Part shown: positions 35,265-45,216 of the stretch, piece after piece
Layout of the letters: each line of letters starts with the position of its first letter
How positions within the stretch are numbered: the first letter of the stretch is position 1
From: an uncultured Gammaproteobacteria bacterium
GTDB taxonomy: Bacteria > Pseudomonadota > Gammaproteobacteria > Arenicellales > Poriferihabitantaceae
Direction: 5' to 3'
Assembly: GCA_937992195.1 (NCBI GenBank)
Contig: CALKKV010000009.1
Location: 9,832-73,831 of the forward strand
Length of the DNA: 64,000 nucleotides
Program-made: the position numbers and the translations under genes
Notes under the pieces: model-generated
Database searches by the model: none
Seen by the model: the letters and a program-made list of their open reading frames with translations, nothing else
Told to the model about the DNA's origin: nothing

Positions 35265-36911
35265 TCATTCTCCTAACAGCTTATACACAAGCGTAAAGTG
35301 GAAACGATTGTCGCCGTCTTGTGTCAGGGTTGGCTCGCGGTCAAGTCCCGCTAACACATGCCCAAAATCTACTCTTGTTGATAATCGATTTCCCCACTGC
35401 CATTTCGCGCTAAGTCCAATGCTATTAATCGACCTATCCGCTTCTTCTCCTTCTTGGGGGTTTAATCGATCGCCAAAACCGTAATCAACAAAACTTCCAA
35501 CTTGAAATCCTTTTGAAAGCCCCGGAGACCAGAGTTCAAGTTTTAAGCTGGCGCCGCGATCGACACCCACTTCTCGCTCCTCAAATCCTCGTGGACCCAG
35601 TGATCCACCAAGCCCCAGTTGCTCCCCGCTGATTAACGGGTCATCGGCCAATTGCAGGTTGGTATTGAACACAAGGCTCAGACCCTTGGGAAGATTGAAT
35701 TCATGATTGTAGTTGACGCGTATTGCATCCCAATTTTGCGGTGCACCAACGCGACTTGCGGCATAAGCTTCGTCGGTATTTAAGCTTCCTCCGCTCAAGT
35801 TTGACGCATAGGAAGCGTTGAACCTGCCTGAGGAAGAAAGTCTGTCCCATTCAATTTGCCAGCTAAGGCTCAGTGGTCTACTTGCAACATCAACCCCGAC
35901 TTCGGTGCCAATAAAATCCACGTCATTGTCAAAAATCTTATTGCTGAGATCGATAAAAACTCTTTGGCGGAAGTCGTTCAGCTTGTTAAGAATCTGAGAA
36001 TAACGAACCCCTGTGACTTCTCCGCCGCTATTGACGTCAAAGAACTCGGCAACTCTGCCGCTATCAACATCCGAATCCACATAAAATAAGCCCAATGTGC
36101 CGGTAGTTCGATAGATCGGAATTTCATAGTTGATGCCGTATTGGCTAACCTGATCAGGCTTTTCCGGTGAGGTAGTGTAGGTGGTCGTCACATTATGGTC
36201 TCGGTCAAACAAATTACGATGTTGATAACCAATACCAATGCGACTTCGAGTCGTTTGTGGTGAGCCAGTATTATTTAGCCAGGTGTAGAGTTGCTGCGGT
36301 TTGCGGTCTCGAACCTCGATTCTTGCGTCGAGTGTATTTGCCTCGGAGCCCCGACCAAATGTCAGTCTAGTGCGCTTTGCAGTGTTGAAATTCGCAACCG
36401 CTAGGGCCCGTGACAACGCTCGTGTGTTTGGGGTTGTCCCTTCAGCGAGCTGCGGTAGGCTGCGTCTTAAATTGTCATCGCTGAAATGCTTGTTGCCGCT
36501 GGTAGTGATCGATCCGACAACAAGATTGCGAACTTCAAGCTTAACTGAGCCGTCTTCCAGCACCTGTGGAGGCAGAGTTACTTGATAAAAGCGAAAACCA
36601 CGATCGTTTAATTCTGTCTCCAGCGTAGATGCAGCTTCGCGCAGCCGCTCGATACCAGTTTGATCGCCGAGAAAGGGAGAGAGAATCGATTGGGTAGCGC
36701 TTTGACTAAGTGGATTATTGCCAGAAACATCAAATCGGTCGATGGTGAAAGCGACCTGTGCATGGGCGACAAAACTCACGGGCAGGCAGGTAGTAAGTAC
36801 CCAAAGGAACAAGGGTAAACCTATCCTCTCTCGGTTCTTTCTCTTCGGTTGATGCCATGGTCGCCGCAGCACACCGATAAGCGCCAAAACACCTGCGTGT
36901 AAATCCATCAA
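35265..36911 (-). CDS. ShlB/FhaC/HecB-family TpsB outer-membrane transporter (POTRA plus 16-strand barrel)
   Basis: Signal peptide ending AHA, POTRA-like FDVSGNNPLS...ETELNDRGFRFYQVTLPPQ, barrel-type alternating pattern, and a C-terminal aromatic-rich FHFTLVYKL. Confidence 0.88.
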   Translation of the reverse strand: MMDLHAGVLALIGVLRRPWHQPKRKNRERIGLPLFLWVLTTCLPVSFVAHAQVAFTIDRFDVSGNNPLSQSATQSILSPFLGDQTGIERLREAASTLETELNDRGFRFYQVTLPPQVLEDGSVKLEVRNLVVGSITTSGNKHFSDDNLRRSLPQLAEGTTPNTRALSRALAVANFNTAKRTRLTFGRGSEANTLDARIEVRDRKPQQLYTWLNNTGSPQTTRSRIGIGYQHRNLFDRDHNVTTTYTTSPEKPDQVSQYGINYEIPIYRTTGTLGLFYVDSDVDSGRVAEFFDVNSGGEVTGVRYSQILNKLNDFRQRVFIDLSNKIFDNDVDFIGTEVGVDVASRPLSLSWQIEWDRLSSSGRFNASYASNLSGGSLNTDEAYAASRVGAPQNWDAIRVNYNHEFNLPKGLSLVFNTNLQLADDPLISGEQLGLGGSLGPRGFEEREVGVDRGASLKLELWSPGLSKGFQVGSFVDYGFGDRLNPQEGEEADRSINSIGLSAKWQWGNRLSTRVDFGHVLAGLDREPTLTQDGDNRFHFTLVYKLLGE

Positions 36912-37141
36912 TTCTTCCTCTCTGATACAGCTATTTTTATTTTTTGGAACAACGGCCGATGAAGCAAAAACCGCAGCTATTGCCGGAATAGTAACGTATC
37001 CAGCGGTGGATTAATGTGAACTATTAGCCTTTTTGGCCTAATTTTCAACCGCTTAGCGATAAAAGGTGGATTTTTTCCGACAAGGCTGCCTCTGGAACCG
37101 GGGTTTTGGTACCCTCCTCCTGCACCCCATTCAGAAATGTC

Positions 37142-37909
37142 ATGACGAGCAGCAACGCCACACAATCCTATATCTCGGTTACTTTAATCGACGGAATCAA
37201 CATTATTCGATTTGACCGCGAGCATAAAAAAAACGCTTTCACCGGTGAAATGTATGACGATATGTCGGATGCACTGCGCGCTGGAGATCAAAATGCGGGT
37301 GTTGGTTGTCACCTTTTCTTAGGTGGCCAGGGTACTTTTAGTGCCGGTAACGATATTCAGGATTTTATTGACCATGGTTTTAAGAATGGAGGACTAGGGC
37401 AGGAGGTGCTGCGCTTTTTGAAAACACTGGTCACCACTGATAAACCATTGGTTGCGGGGGTAGACGGTCTCGCCATTGGCATCGGTACCACGCTGCTATT
37501 GCACTGCGATCTGGTGTACGCGAGTGATCGCAGTTTTTTCCAAACGCCGTTTGTGGATCTGGGTCTGGTGCCGGAAGCTGCCTCGAGTCTGGTAGCGCCA
37601 AAATTGATGGGGCATGCGAAGGCCTTTTCGTTACTCGCTTTAGGTGAGCGTCTCTCAGCGCAACAAGCGGAGCGGTGTGGTTTGATCAATCAGGTAACGG
37701 CTAATGATGACTTAGATGACTTAGCGATGTCTGCAGCTAAGAAGCTGGCGAAAAAACCAGCGAGTGCATTGTCTACTACAAGGAAGCTGATTCGCGGTGA
37801 TCGGTCGGATATTCTTTTAAGAATCGATGAAGAGGCGAAGCATTTTTCAGCACACTTAGCGACCGAAGATGCGCAAAATGCTTTTGCTCGATTTGTGAAT
37901 AAATCCTGA
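37142..37909 (+). CDS. Enoyl-CoA hydratase/isomerase (crotonase) family protein
   Basis: KKNAF...FSAGNDIQDF...VAGVDGLAIGIGTTLLLHCDLVYAS crotonase signatures. The ATG at 37142 is preferred to the ORF-track start 37106. Confidence 0.88.
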   Translation: MTSSNATQSYISVTLIDGINIIRFDREHKKNAFTGEMYDDMSDALRAGDQNAGVGCHLFLGGQGTFSAGNDIQDFIDHGFKNGGLGQEVLRFLKTLVTTDKPLVAGVDGLAIGIGTTLLLHCDLVYASDRSFFQTPFVDLGLVPEAASSLVAPKLMGHAKAFSLLALGERLSAQQAERCGLINQVTANDDLDDLAMSAAKKLAKKPASALSTTRKLIRGDRSDILLRIDEEAKHFSAHLATEDAQNAFARFVNKS

Positions 37910-38090
37910 CACCTTGCAGGGTTATTCAGCCGATTCGCACTTTCGGTGGTATTTTATTTACATGCCAACATAACCGCGATATGTTGAGGTGCTTAGAAAT
38001 TGCATCGCCAGCTATTGAATACAGCCATCCCACCGCCATTTCTTTTTAAACTTTCAACCGTTTTAAACATTGGGTTAGATACCCACTACA

Positions 38091-39326
38091 ATGAAAACAG
38101 TGACTACCGAATTTAATATTGATGCTTTAAGGAGTGCATTTCCTATTCTGGACACCCAGGTAAACGGTCGTCCGCTGATTTATCTAGACAATGGTGCGAC
38201 CTCGCAAAAGCCGCAATCGGTAATCGATGCAATTCAACGATATTACAGCGAGCAAAATGCCAATATCCATCGCGGAGTGCACCAGCTTAGCCAGAGAGCA
38301 ACACAGGCATACGAGGATGCGCGTGAGACGATTCGTGTATTCCTTGGCGCAGGCAATGGGTACGAGGTCTTGTTCACCAAAGGCACAACCGATGGAATAA
38401 ATCTGGTTGCGTCGTCGTGGGGGCGTAAAAATCTGCAGCCGGGCGATGAAGTGATTATTTCAACTATGGAGCATCATTCGAATATTGTGCCATGGCAGAT
38501 GATCTGCGAAGAGCGCGGTGCGACGCTGAAGGTGATTCCTATTTTTGATAGCGGTGATCTCGATATGGATGCGTTTGATGCACTCCTTTCAGATAAAACC
38601 AAAATGGTGGCCACGGTGCATGTGTCGAATTCATTAGGCACGATTAATCCGGTGGATGAAATAATACAGAAGTCACACGCTGTTGGTGCCAAGGTGTTGT
38701 TAGATGGTGCGCAGTCTGTGCCGCATATGCGGGTAGATGTGAAAGCGATGGATATCGATTTTTACACTTTCTCTGGTCATAAGATATTTGGCCCTACCGG
38801 TGTTGGGGTGCTCTATGGAAAAGAAGAGTTGCTCAATGCAATGCCACCATATCAAGGTGGTGGGGATATGATTGAAAAGGTGACGTTTGAAAAGACAACC
38901 TATAATACGTTGCCGCATAAGTTTGAGGCGGGGACGCCGAATATCGTGGGTGGAATTGGTCTCGCTGCGGCCATAGATTTTGTTAATCAGTATGACCCTC
39001 AGGCATTAATTGATCATGAGCAGGATTTATTAGACTACGCAACAACGTCTTTGCTTGATTTAAAAGGAGTAAAGATCATTGGTACTGCTGAGAAAAAGGC
39101 GAGCGTACTATCCTTTATCGTCGATGGGCTGCATCCATTTGATGTCGGTACCTTGCTAGATCAGCAAGGGATTGCTGTCCGAACAGGGCACCACTGCACG
39201 CAACCGCTGATGGATAGGTACGGCATTCCAGGCACTATCCGTGCGTCTTTTGCGATATACAATAATCGAGCGGATGTGGATGCGTTAACTAAGGCGCTTT
39301 CGAAAGCAATTGATATGCTGTCGTAG
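38091..39326 (+). CDS. sufS: Cysteine desulfurase, SufS/CsdA subfamily (group II)
   Basis: FPIL...IYLDNGATSQKP, the PLP-Lys motif FSGHKIFGPTGVGVLYG and the active-site RTGHHCTQP. Confidence 0.92.
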   Translation: MKTVTTEFNIDALRSAFPILDTQVNGRPLIYLDNGATSQKPQSVIDAIQRYYSEQNANIHRGVHQLSQRATQAYEDARETIRVFLGAGNGYEVLFTKGTTDGINLVASSWGRKNLQPGDEVIISTMEHHSNIVPWQMICEERGATLKVIPIFDSGDLDMDAFDALLSDKTKMVATVHVSNSLGTINPVDEIIQKSHAVGAKVLLDGAQSVPHMRVDVKAMDIDFYTFSGHKIFGPTGVGVLYGKEELLNAMPPYQGGGDMIEKVTFEKTTYNTLPHKFEAGTPNIVGGIGLAAAIDFVNQYDPQALIDHEQDLLDYATTSLLDLKGVKIIGTAEKKASVLSFIVDGLHPFDVGTLLDQQGIAVRTGHHCTQPLMDRYGIPGTIRASFAIYNNRADVDALTKALSKAIDMLS

Positions 39327-39339
39327 AAAGTAATCTGAG

Positions 39340-39765
39340 GTGATTGTGAGTATTAATGCTAAACAAGACGAGATTGTTGAAGAGTTCGAATTATTCGATC
39401 AATGGATGGACAAGTATGAATACATTATTGATCTGGGTAAGAAGCTGCCGTTGATTGATGATGCATTAAAAGTAGATGAGAACCTGATTCCAGGTTGTCA
39501 AAGTCAGGTCTGGCTGCATGCGCGTATGGAGAATGATGCGGTGGGATTTACTGCTGACAGTGATGCCATTATTACCAAGGGCATAATTGCGCTGCTGATC
39601 CGAGTGCTATCTGGAGAATCTCCTCAGTCGATAGCTAGCTGTGACTTATACTTTATTGATCAAATTGGATTAAAGGAACATCTATCTCCGACACGTTCCA
39701 ATGGCCTGGTGAGTATGGTCAACAAGCTTAAGTCTATCGGTGTGCAGTTTAGTCAGACGCAGTAG
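39340..39765 (+). CDS. sufE: Cysteine desulfuration (sulfur acceptor) protein SufE/CsdE
   Basis: IPGCQSQVWL conserved Cys motif of the SufE family; adjacent to sufS. GTG start. Confidence 0.88.
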   Translation: MIVSINAKQDEIVEEFELFDQWMDKYEYIIDLGKKLPLIDDALKVDENLIPGCQSQVWLHARMENDAVGFTADSDAIITKGIIALLIRVLSGESPQSIASCDLYFIDQIGLKEHLSPTRSNGLVSMVNKLKSIGVQFSQTQ

Positions 39766-39772
39766 TTTGGCA

Positions 39773-40708
39773 TTATCCATTTAGATTGACGTTGTTGCGC
39801 TCAGAGCGCGATTGAAGTAGCGAACTAACAGGCTCTAACACCCCGGCTAACGTGACCAAAATAACACCTATTAATTGCGGCCGACCAAAGGGTTCGCCAG
39901 CCCAAATCGCCGCGGTAATCGCCGCTACACTTATTTCGGTCATAAACAATAAACCCACAATGCCCGGATTGAGTTTTGTTGGGCCGTAAATAGTGGCGAT
40001 CGCTGCAGGTACAATGACGACAACGGTGAAAGGGATCAGCCAAACAAGATGTGATTTCAGCAGGTTCCACTGAGGCGCCGGTTCGTATCCGGTTTTTGTG
40101 GCGAGTAGTGCAAATATCCAGGAGCATATACAGGCCCAGGTGACAAACCCAGCGGCATAATCCAGCGGTTTTTCATCATCATCGGTTAGCAGCATCAATG
40201 CCAGACCGGCCCACATCAATCCAGCGGTCAATGCCATCCAGTCACCGATATTCCGCGGAATAGGAATCCCGCTGTCCTGACCAAAAATAACCCACAACCC
40301 GCCGATACCCAACAACATTGAAAGCCAGCGAATCAAGGTAATCTTTTCACCGATAAATATACGAGCCAGCAAGAACCCCCAAATCGGCATCATATAAAAC
40401 AGAACGATGACTGACACCACGCTGGTATAGACAAAGGCCGCGGTATAGAGAACGTAACCGAATCCTGTGCCGAAACAAACGAAGTGAAATCGAAGGCCGT
40501 TTTGAGCAAAGCGTTTCCATCCAAGTAGCCAGACAGGTGCGATAGCGATGGCAGACAAAAAATGAAAAACAAACACCGCCCAAACTCCGGAAAACCCGGC
40601 TGAGTCTAACGCTCGAAGAGGAATCCAATAGATTCCAAAAACCAGGCCAGCATAAACAGCACAAAGCTTGGCGAATGATTGCTCAGAGAGATTTTTCAGA
40701 AAGCGCAT
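39773..40708 (-). CDS. DMT-superfamily (EamA-like) transporter
   Basis: About 10 hydrophobic helices in two halves. 311 aa. Confidence 0.8.
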   Translation of the reverse strand: MRFLKNLSEQSFAKLCAVYAGLVFGIYWIPLRALDSAGFSGVWAVFVFHFLSAIAIAPVWLLGWKRFAQNGLRFHFVCFGTGFGYVLYTAAFVYTSVVSVIVLFYMMPIWGFLLARIFIGEKITLIRWLSMLLGIGGLWVIFGQDSGIPIPRNIGDWMALTAGLMWAGLALMLLTDDDEKPLDYAAGFVTWACICSWIFALLATKTGYEPAPQWNLLKSHLVWLIPFTVVVIVPAAIATIYGPTKLNPGIVGLLFMTEISVAAITAAIWAGEPFGRPQLIGVILVTLAGVLEPVSSLLQSRSERNNVNLNG

Positions 40709-40731
40709 GATCAGACTTGCTAAACAAAAAG

Positions 40732-41676
40732 TTAGCGTTCAGCCAAAGTCCTAATTGCAGCACAAATTCGAGTAAAGCTGGCCCTTGATTTGTCGCTCAC
40801 CCGTCGCGCTCGTAAATACCCGTGTATGAGACCGGCCTCGATATGGTTCTCAGCGAATGTCCCAGCCGCTTGAAGTCGCGAGACATATTCCCCTGAATCA
40901 TCGCGAAGCGGGTCAAATTCCGCAGCGAAGGAGATGCAAGGGGGCATATCCAAAAAATCTGAAAGCGCAAGTGGGTAGTAGGTGTGATCTCTTATGTCTT
41001 GTTTAGCCGGAGTTCTATGTCTATTGTAGTCTTCAAGTCCTTTAAGGGTGAGCCCGGGGGCATCCTTATTTTCCTCATAAGAAGCCAGACTGAATAGCTC
41101 TCCACCCAGCCAAGGATAGATTAGCAGTTGCCCACAAGGCTTGCTTTCTCTATGTTTTGTTGCCGCGCATACTGCGGCAGCCAAAGTGCCGCCTGCTGAA
41201 TCACCAGCAACGATGGTGCGTCCAGTATTGAACTTTTCGAATGCAGCTAAGGCATCGTTGAATGCATCTGGATGTTTTGATTCAGGAGATAACCTGTAGT
41301 CAACTGCGATTAACTCGCAATTACTGTTGGCCGCAAGTTCGCCACATATAGAATGATGACTCTCGAGGTTACCAACCACAAATCCGCCGCCATGATAGTA
41401 GAGCACTCTAGTACGTTGCGCTCCCTGTTTTTCCCAGCTTTCCGGGGTATATCGACGTACTGGAATTGTGACGCCGTTGGCACAAACCGACTCATCTGTG
41501 ACTGTGATATCTGAAGGAATGGGGTAGTTAAAGGCTTCGCATAAGGTGAGATACAAACGGCGGTTATCATCGACGCTGAGTGCAGTCGAACTTTCGGGAT
41601 AATAAGCTGCGCATTGTTCAAGAAACGCACGCATTTCGCTATCAAGGGGATAGGGTTTAGTGAACTCGAGGGACAT
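40732..41676 (-). CDS. Alpha/beta hydrolase, hormone-sensitive-lipase-like (family IV) esterase
   Basis: HGGG oxyanion motif (YYHGGGFVVG) and GDSAGG nucleophile motif. Confidence 0.85.
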   Translation of the reverse strand: MSLEFTKPYPLDSEMRAFLEQCAAYYPESSTALSVDDNRRLYLTLCEAFNYPIPSDITVTDESVCANGVTIPVRRYTPESWEKQGAQRTRVLYYHGGGFVVGNLESHHSICGELAANSNCELIAVDYRLSPESKHPDAFNDALAAFEKFNTGRTIVAGDSAGGTLAAAVCAATKHRESKPCGQLLIYPWLGGELFSLASYEENKDAPGLTLKGLEDYNRHRTPAKQDIRDHTYYPLALSDFLDMPPCISFAAEFDPLRDDSGEYVSRLQAAGTFAENHIEAGLIHGYLRARRVSDKSRASFTRICAAIRTLAER

Positions 41677-41963
41677 TATTTTTAGGTAAAAACCAGATTG
41701 TTATTGACGAGGTACTAGCGAATTCTTCTTTGCTGATCGCTTGCTTAACAGCGTATTCAGATCATGCGATAAAAATCAACATTTGCACAGGGTTTGGCTA
41801 GAGTGATTTGTCTGCCAGAACTTAGGATTCAATTTTTCTAGGTCAATATTAAGCGTGCGCGACCGCGGGTGCCTAAGCTTTGGCGCGACTTGTGCCTGCT
41901 TGGTAACGCTAGTTATAATGAAATTTACAACCAGAATATAAACTTAAAAACGTCAGGTTATTT

Positions 41964-42797
41964 ATGCTCGACCACGCCAGGGAAATCAAGTCGATGAAAC
42001 TCTATACGCATATTGATCGTGTGCACAATGAGTTGGCGGAATTGGGGAAGACACCATCTGATCTGTTAAAAACTGAAGAGATAAGTCATTTTGACCAGCT
42101 TCACTATCATGGAACAGGTGCGGTTGATGAGGCAATCAAGATGATTGGTCTTGATCAGCAATCTCGAGTGCTGGAGATTGGATCTGGGTTTGGTGGCCCA
42201 GCAAGGCACATTGCTGCACACACGGGCGCCCGGGTTACGGCGCTTGAATTGCAACCTGATCAGAATACACTCGCTTCAGAACTGACACAACGGTGTGGTT
42301 TGAGTAATTTGGTTGACCACGCTTGCGGAGATTTTCTTTGCCACCCTTGGGGTGACGCTGAGTTTGATTGTATTGTTAGCTGGCTTGCTATTTTTCATAT
42401 TTCGGATCGCCAAAAGCTTCTTCAGATTTCATCTGGTTTACTGCCTACGAATGGGCTGTTCTTTACCGAGGATATGTATTGCCGTCAACAAATGAGCGAT
42501 GTTGAAGCCGAGGAGTTGGAAAAAGGGATGTATACCGGCTACATGCCGGATTTGGATACATATGTTGACGATTTTCTTCAAGCGGGGTTTGAAATTTTAC
42601 GGTGTGATGAGATGTCGGATAACTGGACGGACTTTACGACTGACCGATTAAATGATTATCGGAGTAACCGTGAGCGTCATGTTCGAGTGCACGATGAATC
42701 GACATTTCTGGCTATGGAAGATTTCTATGATCTGGTTAATCGACATTTCAGATCGGGTAAGCTCGGTGGTGTGAGGCTGTTGGCTCGCAAATTGTAA
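41964..42797 (+). CDS. Class I SAM-dependent methyltransferase
   Basis: Motif I VLEIGSGFGGPARH. 277 aa. The start is uncertain (M1 or M11). Confidence 0.75.
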   Translation: MLDHAREIKSMKLYTHIDRVHNELAELGKTPSDLLKTEEISHFDQLHYHGTGAVDEAIKMIGLDQQSRVLEIGSGFGGPARHIAAHTGARVTALELQPDQNTLASELTQRCGLSNLVDHACGDFLCHPWGDAEFDCIVSWLAIFHISDRQKLLQISSGLLPTNGLFFTEDMYCRQQMSDVEAEELEKGMYTGYMPDLDTYVDDFLQAGFEILRCDEMSDNWTDFTTDRLNDYRSNRERHVRVHDESTFLAMEDFYDLVNRHFRSGKLGGVRLLARKL

Positions 42798-42819
42798 TTG
42801 CATAAACGAGGATTTCTCA

Positions 42820-44130
42820 ATGAGTAAGAAACAAGATAAAAACAATACAGGATGCAATGGTGTGAGCGCTGCAAAGAGACGCACTTTGAAAGCCCTGGGT
42901 GCAGGACTGGCAGCCGCTTCGTCGCCACTATGGTTTCCTAGAGCCTATGCTGCCAGTGAACCTATAAAGATTGGTGCACAACTGCATCGAACGGGAATTG
43001 GCGCTTCATATGGCCGCTGGTACGAACGTACCGCAGCCGCGGCAGTTAAACTAATCAATGAACAGGGAGGCATCAACGGTCGACCGGTGGAGTTAATTGT
43101 TGAGGACGATGGTACGGACCCAAAACGCGGTACCGAGGTGCTGGAGAAATTTGCGACACAACATAAGGTGGATGTTGCATATGGCACTTTGTTTTCTCAT
43201 GTGGTGATTGGTTCTTCTCCAAGGGCTGGGGAACTCAAGCTACCGTATGTGGTTTGCTCAGAGGGACATCACGTGGCGTCTGGCCAACTAAACCGTTATG
43301 TTTTTCAGCCAGGAATTACCGATGTGCGCTCTCAAGTGATTTCGATGGCGCCTTGGATTTCCAGTAATCTTGGAAAGAAAGTCACGATGATTTTTCCAGA
43401 CTTTGCATTCGGCCATGATCATCGGGATTACTTCTCGCAAGCAATTGCAGACCAGGGTGGAGAGGTTCTTGAGTTGATTGCTGTGCCACCAACCGAAACG
43501 TCATTTACCCGCTATTTTCCTCGCATACCGCGAGACACCGAAGTCCTCTACCACGTAATGGTTGGCCCTGGCGTGCTGACATTTGTAAAAGAAATGGGTC
43601 AGCATTTTGGTAAAAAGCGCCCAGAGATATTTGGTTTTATTGACTCGCTGGAAGCGGTTGATTTGGCGACGCCGCAGCTTGAGTTTTTAGAGGGAACGTA
43701 TTTTTGGGAAGGCAGTCCTCGATATGCGCAATCCAATCAAACCGAGTTTGACAAGCAGTATCGTGCGGCGGTTGGTGTTGATGATAGTGGGGCAAGTATT
43801 GCCGACCCGAAAGACATATCTACCTATTCACACATGTTCTCGTGTTGGGAGAGTTTGTTCATCATCAAAGAAGCAATGGAGCTGGCCGGGTATCGTAGCG
43901 CGGCCGATAAAACTGCGTTTATCGAGGCAATGGAGTCGCTGCAAAAATTTGATCAAGGTCTGGCACATCCTCAGGGTAACAAGATTTTTAACCCCAAGCT
44001 GCATCAGAGTTTTGGCCATCAACATATTTCGAAGGTAGGTAGTGGCGGTGTGCTGGAGGTTGTCCATAAGACCTCGATCGAAGACGGTATCTATGATTCA
44101 GATGTTGACTATACCAAGATGGCTCTTTAA
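42820..44130 (+). CDS. Periplasmic binding protein, LivJ/amide-urea (type I PBP) family, with twin-arginine-like signal
   Basis: KRRTLKALGAGLAAASSPLWFPRAYA leader, then IKIGAQL...GINGRPVELIVEDDGTDP, typical of Leu/Ile/Val-type binding proteins. Confidence 0.85.
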   Translation: MSKKQDKNNTGCNGVSAAKRRTLKALGAGLAAASSPLWFPRAYAASEPIKIGAQLHRTGIGASYGRWYERTAAAAVKLINEQGGINGRPVELIVEDDGTDPKRGTEVLEKFATQHKVDVAYGTLFSHVVIGSSPRAGELKLPYVVCSEGHHVASGQLNRYVFQPGITDVRSQVISMAPWISSNLGKKVTMIFPDFAFGHDHRDYFSQAIADQGGEVLELIAVPPTETSFTRYFPRIPRDTEVLYHVMVGPGVLTFVKEMGQHFGKKRPEIFGFIDSLEAVDLATPQLEFLEGTYFWEGSPRYAQSNQTEFDKQYRAAVGVDDSGASIADPKDISTYSHMFSCWESLFIIKEAMELAGYRSAADKTAFIEAMESLQKFDQGLAHPQGNKIFNPKLHQSFGHQHISKVGSGGVLEVVHKTSIEDGIYDSDVDYTKMAL

Positions 44131-44254
44131 ACAGGTTTTGCTTTTACAGCCCGAGACCTGTTGATCGGGTATCTTGTTTTTCTTACCGGAGCCGGATTTT
44201 AAGTTCGCTCCGGTCGCTGTTAAACTGCTGTTGAACTTCCTGGAATAAATCACT

Positions 44255-45139
44255 ATGGACTTCGGTCCTTTTCTGTTTCTCGCTACCCTCGAAGGTTTAG
44301 TCCAGGCGGCTGTGCTTTGTCTTACCGCCCTCGGACTTTCGCTGGTTTTTGGCGTTATGCGGGTTGTGAATGTGGCTCATGGAGAGTTCTACATGCTAGG
44401 GGCGGTGCTCGCGTACTGGGTTACTAGCTGGTTAGCGGGCAGTCCAGCAATTGGTTTCGCTTTAGCGTTATTGATTGCGCCATTATTGGTCGGTGTGATC
44501 GCCTATTTGAGTGAAAAACTGGTGCTTCGACGCCTTGGGTATGATCCTGAAGCCACCATCGTCGCCACCATCGGAATACTCTATATTTTGCAGCAATCGG
44601 CGCTTCTGACTTTTGGCCCAGATGCCCGACCGGTTGAACCACCGTTTTATTTTCGCGTTGAATTTCCCTGGTTTGGTTATTCTGGATATAAGTTGATTGT
44701 GGTCGCAGCGGCTGCGGTGCTGTTGGCTCTAGCATGGTTTGTGATTACCCGAACTCGACTTGGGCTGATCATGCGGGCGACACAGTTCGATCGACAAACC
44801 GCTCAAAACTATGGGATCGATGTAAACAGAGTCTATGCGCTGGTGTTCGCCGCGGGTGCAGCCTTTGCTGCAATTGCTGCAGTCTTAATTGTGCCCATCC
44901 AACAGGCCCATTATTTAATGGGTGGAGATCCATTGCTACTGGCATTTATTGTGGTCATTATTGGTGGGCTTGGAAGCGTTCGGGGGACGCTGCTTGCGGC
45001 ATTGTTGATTGGTCTAAGCGATGGCATCTTGTCCGTATTTTTCTCGCCAACGTTGGCGAAAATGGTTTCCACTACTTTGGTGGCGCTGGTATTGGTTTTT
45101 AAACCTGAAGGCTTGTTTGGTCATCGAAGTCGGTTGTAA
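44255..45139 (+). CDS. Branched-chain amino acid-type ABC transporter permease (LivH family)
   Basis: GLSLVFGVMRVVNVAHGEF and C-terminal GGLGSVRG motifs. Confidence 0.9.
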   Translation: MDFGPFLFLATLEGLVQAAVLCLTALGLSLVFGVMRVVNVAHGEFYMLGAVLAYWVTSWLAGSPAIGFALALLIAPLLVGVIAYLSEKLVLRRLGYDPEATIVATIGILYILQQSALLTFGPDARPVEPPFYFRVEFPWFGYSGYKLIVVAAAAVLLALAWFVITRTRLGLIMRATQFDRQTAQNYGIDVNRVYALVFAAGAAFAAIAAVLIVPIQQAHYLMGGDPLLLAFIVVIIGGLGSVRGTLLAALLIGLSDGILSVFFSPTLAKMVSTTLVALVLVFKPEGLFGHRSRL

Positions 45140-45216
45140 AGACATAGCCAGCGAAATATTAATGAACTTACAAGACAATCTCTTTCGAACTAGATTCTTG
45201 CTAGCTGAGGGATGCC

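Noticed and set aside
34665-35276. 203-aa ORF antisense to the FecR-like gene
   Set aside because: It overlaps a gene with clear domain signatures and coupling to its neighbours. Its Ser/Leu/Arg-rich composition is typical of antisense frames.
9339-37141. Longer N-termini given by the ORF track for tolB (9339), cpoB (11292), rapA (21801), srkA (24781), the TAXI gene (54033), tpsA (34455) and the crotonase (37106)
   Set aside because: Most begin at TTG or overlap the upstream gene, and they add residues absent from well-known orthologues. Internal ATG starts that restore canonical N-termini or signal peptides were used instead.
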